A stretch of DNA of 10,503 bases from Candidatus Multivoradales bacterium (GTDB lineage Bacteria; Acidobacteriota; Thermoanaerobaculia; Multivoradales; JAHEKO01): the NCBI GenBank assembly GCA_965223155.1, contig CBDCVR010000009.1:1-10503 (forward strand), read 5' to 3'. Both the position numbers and the translations under genes were made by a program. Below are positions 6,998 through 10,503 of the stretch, in pieces. The notes below the pieces were generated by a model. It was not told the origin of the DNA and did not search any database. It worked only from the letters and a program-made list of their open reading frames with translations. Within the stretch, counting starts at the first letter, position 1. Every line of letters begins with the position of its first letter.

Positions 6998-9988
6998 ATG
7001 ATGCGATTTTCGAGAACACCACGTGGTATCGGCAGCGGCGAGCTCGTTCGCTACGGCTTCGTCGCGTTCCTCGCTCTGCTTCTGGCCCTGGCTGCTCCGG
7101 TCGCGGTCTGGGCGCAGGAGGGCGAGGAGGCCGAGGAGGCGGCGAGCGAGGCGGGCGCCGACGAGGGTGGCGATGCCGAAACGGTATCGGACACCATCGT
7201 GGTCACCGGCTCCCGAATCCCGACCAACCCTCTCTATCAACGCGCGCCGATCGTCGAGGTTGACGAGATCGAGATCAAGCGCTCGGGTCTGACCAACCTG
7301 GGAGCCAGCCTCCAGCAGATCCCGAGCATGGGTACCGCCATCAACGCGCGCTTCAACGTGCCCGGCAACTCGGGCTTTCCCCAGGACGGCAACGGTATCG
7401 GGGCCGGTGCGGTGCAGCTCTCGCTGCGCAACGTCGGCGCCAAGCGGACTCTGGTTCTGGTCGACGGCCAGCGCTGGATCCCCGGAGCTTCGGCTTCGGG
7501 CGTCGCCAACGCGGTCGATCTCAACACACTGCCTTCCAACATGATCGAGCGGGTCGAGGTGCTGCAGGACGGCGCCTCGGCGATCTACGGCTCGGACGCG
7601 ATCGGGGGCGTGGTCAACGTCATCACCCGCAGCGACTTTGAAGGCTTGCGGTTCTCGGTCCAGAAGGGCAGCTTCGTGAGCGAGGGCGACGGCGAGGGCA
7701 CCGAGGTCTCGAGCCTCTGGGGCGGCGGCAGCGACCGGACGAACGTGGTCTTTAGCGCCGCCTTTTTCGAGGAGGGCGCGGTCACGACCACCGATCGGGC
7801 GCAGTCGGCGTTTCCCAATCCCTTCGCGACGACCTGCGACATTCCGGGCACTTTCTGTTCCTCGTTTACCCCGCAGGGCCGCTTTATCCTGGGTCCGAAC
7901 TTCGACTTCTGGGACGGCACGCTCAACACCGGCGTTCTGAACGACGGTGGCTCGAACGTTCCGATCTTCGACCCCAATAGCCCGAACGGCGGAGACTTCC
8001 ACGCCTTTACCGCGGCCGACCGGTTCAACTACAACGGCCAGGACTTTAACTATCTCCAAACGCCGAACCGGCGAGCCAATCTCTTTACTTCGATCACCCA
8101 CGCCTTGACCGATTCGACGGACTTGAACTTCAAGGCGTCGTACACCAACCGGAAGTCCAACACCCGAGCCGCTCCCGAGCCGCTGTGCCTGGGCGCCGGC
8201 TGTGGCAACCGGATCGCGGAGAACATCCTGATCCACCGCGACAATCCCTTCAATCCCTTCGGCGTCGATCTGTCGGTGGCGAACGGCAATCTGGAGTTCT
8301 TCGGCCGCCGGCCGCTCGAGTCGGGTCCCCGGCTCTTCAACCAGGACGTCGATACCTACTTCACCAGCGTCGGCTTCGACGGTACCTTCGGCACCGATTC
8401 GCGCAACTTTGCCTGGGACGTGACGGCGGCCTACGGCGAGAATCGAGGCTTCCAGCAGAAGCGCAACTCGCACAACATCGCGAAGATTGCGGTCGCGCTG
8501 GGCGATCCGGACGTTTGCGCCCAGGTGCCGAACTGCGTTCCGTTCAACTTCTTCGGCGGCCAGGGACCCAACGGCGCCGGCTCGATCACTCAGGAGATGC
8601 TGGACTTCGTCACCTACACTCAGCGTGACTTCAGCGAGCAGACGCTCCTCAATCTGAGCGCCAACATCAGCGGCGATCTCTTCCAGCTCCCCAACCAGGC
8701 CAACGTCGGCTTTGCCGCCGGCATCGAGCACCGGGAGCAGGACGGCTCCTTCCAGCCCGATCCGATCGCGGCCAGCGGCGAGACCGCCGGCATTCCGTCG
8801 GCGCCCACCGCGGGCGGCTTCGACGTCTCCGAGGCGTATCTCGAGCTCAACTTCCCGCTCATGATCGACCGGCCCGGAGCCGAGTATCTCGAGCTCAACG
8901 TGGCCGGCCGGTACTCGGACTACAGCACGTCGGGTGGCGAGGACACCTACAAGCTCGGCTTCCTGTACCGACCGATTGAAACACTGTCGCTTCGCGGCTC
9001 GGTCGCGACCGGCCTCAGGGCTCCCGGCATCGGCGAGCTCTTCGGCGGCGCCGCGCGTGAGGACTTCACGTTTCTGGATCCGTGCGCTGACGTTCTCGGC
9101 GTGATCGGCTCGGCCAACGGCGGCCGGGACACGCCGCAGCCACAGAACATCATCGACAACTGTGCCGCCCTGGGCGTGCCGGTCGGCTTCTCCCAGCGCA
9201 ATCCGCAGCTTTCAGCGATCTCGGCCGGCAACGCGGGCCTCATCGCCGAGACTTCGGACAGCTACTCGCTCGGGTTCGTCTACAGCCCCGGACGGGGTCC
9301 GAGCGGGCGCGGCTGGACGGTCTCGGCCGACTTCTACGACCTTCAGATCGACGATGCCATTCAGGGCCGTAGCCCCGGTGAGGTCATCACCGCCTGCGTC
9401 CAGACCCTGGATCCGTTCTTCTGCAACGGCGTCGAGCGCGCCGCTAGCGGCCTCATCAATCTGGTCGATAACCAATTGCAGAACATCGGCGGCATCGAGG
9501 CTTCCGGCGCCGACTTCACCTTCGACTGGTTCGGCGGCGGCGCTTGGGCTTTCGGCTTCAACGCCACCTACCTGAGCGACTACACCGAGCTGACCCGCAA
9601 CCCGGACGGCTCGCTGTCGAGCGTTGACCGCACCGGCACCCTGACCGACGAGACCTTCCAGCGCGGCTTCGCCGAGTGGCGGGCGGTCACCAAGGTGGAC
9701 TGGCGCCGGGAGCGCTGGGACACGGGTGTGACCTTGCGCTGGACCGACGAGATGCTGCTCGACTCCGGCAGCACGCTCGATTCGATCCTGTACGCGGATC
9801 TCCTGGTCCGGTACCTGCTGCCGTACGGCGACGACTCGACCAGCGTCAGCTTCGGCATCAACAACCTCTTCGACGAGGATCCGAGCGTCTGCGACGCCTG
9901 CGGTGTCGTCAGCATGAGTCCCTTCCATGACCTGCCGGGCATGGTCGGCTACGTCCGGCTCGACGTCGGTCTCGGCGACGGCTCGTAA
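6998..9988 (+). CDS. TonB-dependent outer membrane receptor (996 aa; start may be ATG 7001)
   Basis: Signal peptide ending AVWA|Q, acidic linker, TonB box DTIVVTGSRI, plug motifs LRNVGAKRTLVLVDGQR and IERVEVLQDGASAIYGSDAIGGVVNVIT, barrel motifs AGRYSDYS and LRAPGIGELF, and C-terminal FGINNLFDEDP. Substrate is not assignable. Confidence 0.96.
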   Translation: MMRFSRTPRGIGSGELVRYGFVAFLALLLALAAPVAVWAQEGEEAEEAASEAGADEGGDAETVSDTIVVTGSRIPTNPLYQRAPIVEVDEIEIKRSGLTNLGASLQQIPSMGTAINARFNVPGNSGFPQDGNGIGAGAVQLSLRNVGAKRTLVLVDGQRWIPGASASGVANAVDLNTLPSNMIERVEVLQDGASAIYGSDAIGGVVNVITRSDFEGLRFSVQKGSFVSEGDGEGTEVSSLWGGGSDRTNVVFSAAFFEEGAVTTTDRAQSAFPNPFATTCDIPGTFCSSFTPQGRFILGPNFDFWDGTLNTGVLNDGGSNVPIFDPNSPNGGDFHAFTAADRFNYNGQDFNYLQTPNRRANLFTSITHALTDSTDLNFKASYTNRKSNTRAAPEPLCLGAGCGNRIAENILIHRDNPFNPFGVDLSVANGNLEFFGRRPLESGPRLFNQDVDTYFTSVGFDGTFGTDSRNFAWDVTAAYGENRGFQQKRNSHNIAKIAVALGDPDVCAQVPNCVPFNFFGGQGPNGAGSITQEMLDFVTYTQRDFSEQTLLNLSANISGDLFQLPNQANVGFAAGIEHREQDGSFQPDPIAASGETAGIPSAPTAGGFDVSEAYLELNFPLMIDRPGAEYLELNVAGRYSDYSTSGGEDTYKLGFLYRPIETLSLRGSVATGLRAPGIGELFGGAAREDFTFLDPCADVLGVIGSANGGRDTPQPQNIIDNCAALGVPVGFSQRNPQLSAISAGNAGLIAETSDSYSLGFVYSPGRGPSGRGWTVSADFYDLQIDDAIQGRSPGEVITACVQTLDPFFCNGVERAASGLINLVDNQLQNIGGIEASGADFTFDWFGGGAWAFGFNATYLSDYTELTRNPDGSLSSVDRTGTLTDETFQRGFAEWRAVTKVDWRRERWDTGVTLRWTDEMLLDSGSTLDSILYADLLVRYLLPYGDDSTSVSFGINNLFDEDPSVCDACGVVSMSPFHDLPGMVGYVRLDVGLGDGS

Positions 9989-10011
9989 GGGTCGCCTTCA
10001 TCCACCAACCT

Positions 10012-10050
10012 CGGGGCGGCTTCCGCAAGGGAGCCGCCCCGTTTCTTTCT
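10012..10050 (+). terminator. Rho-independent terminator of the TonB receptor gene
   Basis: 13-bp stem CGGGGCGGCTTCC / GGGAGCCGCCCCG (one G-U) with a GCAA GNRA tetraloop, then TTTCTTTCT, 23 nt after the stop. Confidence 0.88.
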
Positions 10051-10083
10051 GGAGCTCGCGCCGGAGCGTGCGGGGTGCCGCGG

Positions 10084-10503
10084 CTAGTCTTTGTTCTTGA
10101 AGAGCTTAAGGAAGAAAACGTTGGCGGTGAATCCGTCGTCGGGACCGGCGACGGCAACGCCCAAGTCCACGTTGACGACCGTGCTCCAGGGGCCGACGAA
10201 GGTTCCGGCAACACCCGCGCCGGCCAGTAGCTCGCGATCCAGGCCCGAGACCTCGTCCGTCGCCCGGGCGGCGTCGGCCAGAAGCTCGGCGCGGAAGACG
10301 TTGCCCAGGTTCCAGCCATAGCTCAGGTGAGCGGCCAGGGCCTCCTCGGCCCGCACCTTGCCGGTCTGATATCCCCGCACCCGGACGTCCGAGAAGGAGC
10401 CGAAGTCGAACTTCGAGAAGCGGTCGAGGTTCGAGCCGTCCAGAAACTCGAGCTCGGCGCCGAACTTCAGGAACTTGGGCAGGTGCCAGACCTTGCCGAC
10501 TCC
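10084..10503 (-). CDS. C-terminus of an outer-membrane beta-barrel protein, Omp85/TpsB-superfamily-like (5'-partial)
   Basis: Frame is open to the window edge: GVGKVWHLPKFLKFGAELEFLDGSNLDRFSKFDFGSFSDVRVRGYQTGKVRAEE...LAGAGVAGTF...FTANVFFLKLFKNKD. It shows a VRGY loop motif, a downstream GxG strand and amphipathic beta strands. Confidence 0.62.
   Translation of the reverse strand, partial: GVGKVWHLPKFLKFGAELEFLDGSNLDRFSKFDFGSFSDVRVRGYQTGKVRAEEALAAHLSYGWNLGNVFRAELLADAARATDEVSGLDRELLAGAGVAGTFVGPWSTVVNVDLGVAVAGPDDGFTANVFFLKLFKNKD

Noticed and set aside
6932-8731. 599-aa minus-strand ORF, plus 9212-9928 and other ORFs antisense to the receptor
   Set aside because: Shadow of the GC3-biased TonB receptor frame; no motifs of its own.
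1-10503. CRISPR array, IS/transposase, DGR reverse transcriptase, tRNA/rRNA, T6SS structural genes
   Set aside because: None recognisable. Repeats are long coding duplications, and their differences are not adenine-specific as DGR mutagenesis would give.

Overview
GC-rich window from a diderm bacterium. Bases 1-5.9 kb are a tandem Rhs (YD-repeat) polymorphic-toxin array. It starts with the 3' end of an Rhs gene running in from the left edge, whose C-terminal tip resembles a permuted papain/NlpC-P60-like thiol enzyme, followed by a small 2-TM candidate immunity gene. A short 5'-truncated orphan rhs with a Gly/Cys-rich tip follows, translationally coupled to a second 2-TM candidate immunity gene. 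A longer orphan rhs comes next; its tip is cut at ~5844 and joined to the C-terminal half of a GT2 glycosyltransferase, with no immunity gene. The three core copies are mosaics of one another. Each carries a canonical G-quadruplex motif, built from atypical codons, exactly where core homology ends, and the two orphans carry a second G4 motif. The right part holds a DUF2188-like small gene (-), a divergent sigma70-type promoter, a 996-aa TonB-dependent receptor with an intrinsic terminator, and the convergent C-terminus of an Omp85-like (VRGY) beta-barrel protein. All family calls come from motif recognition, not database searches.
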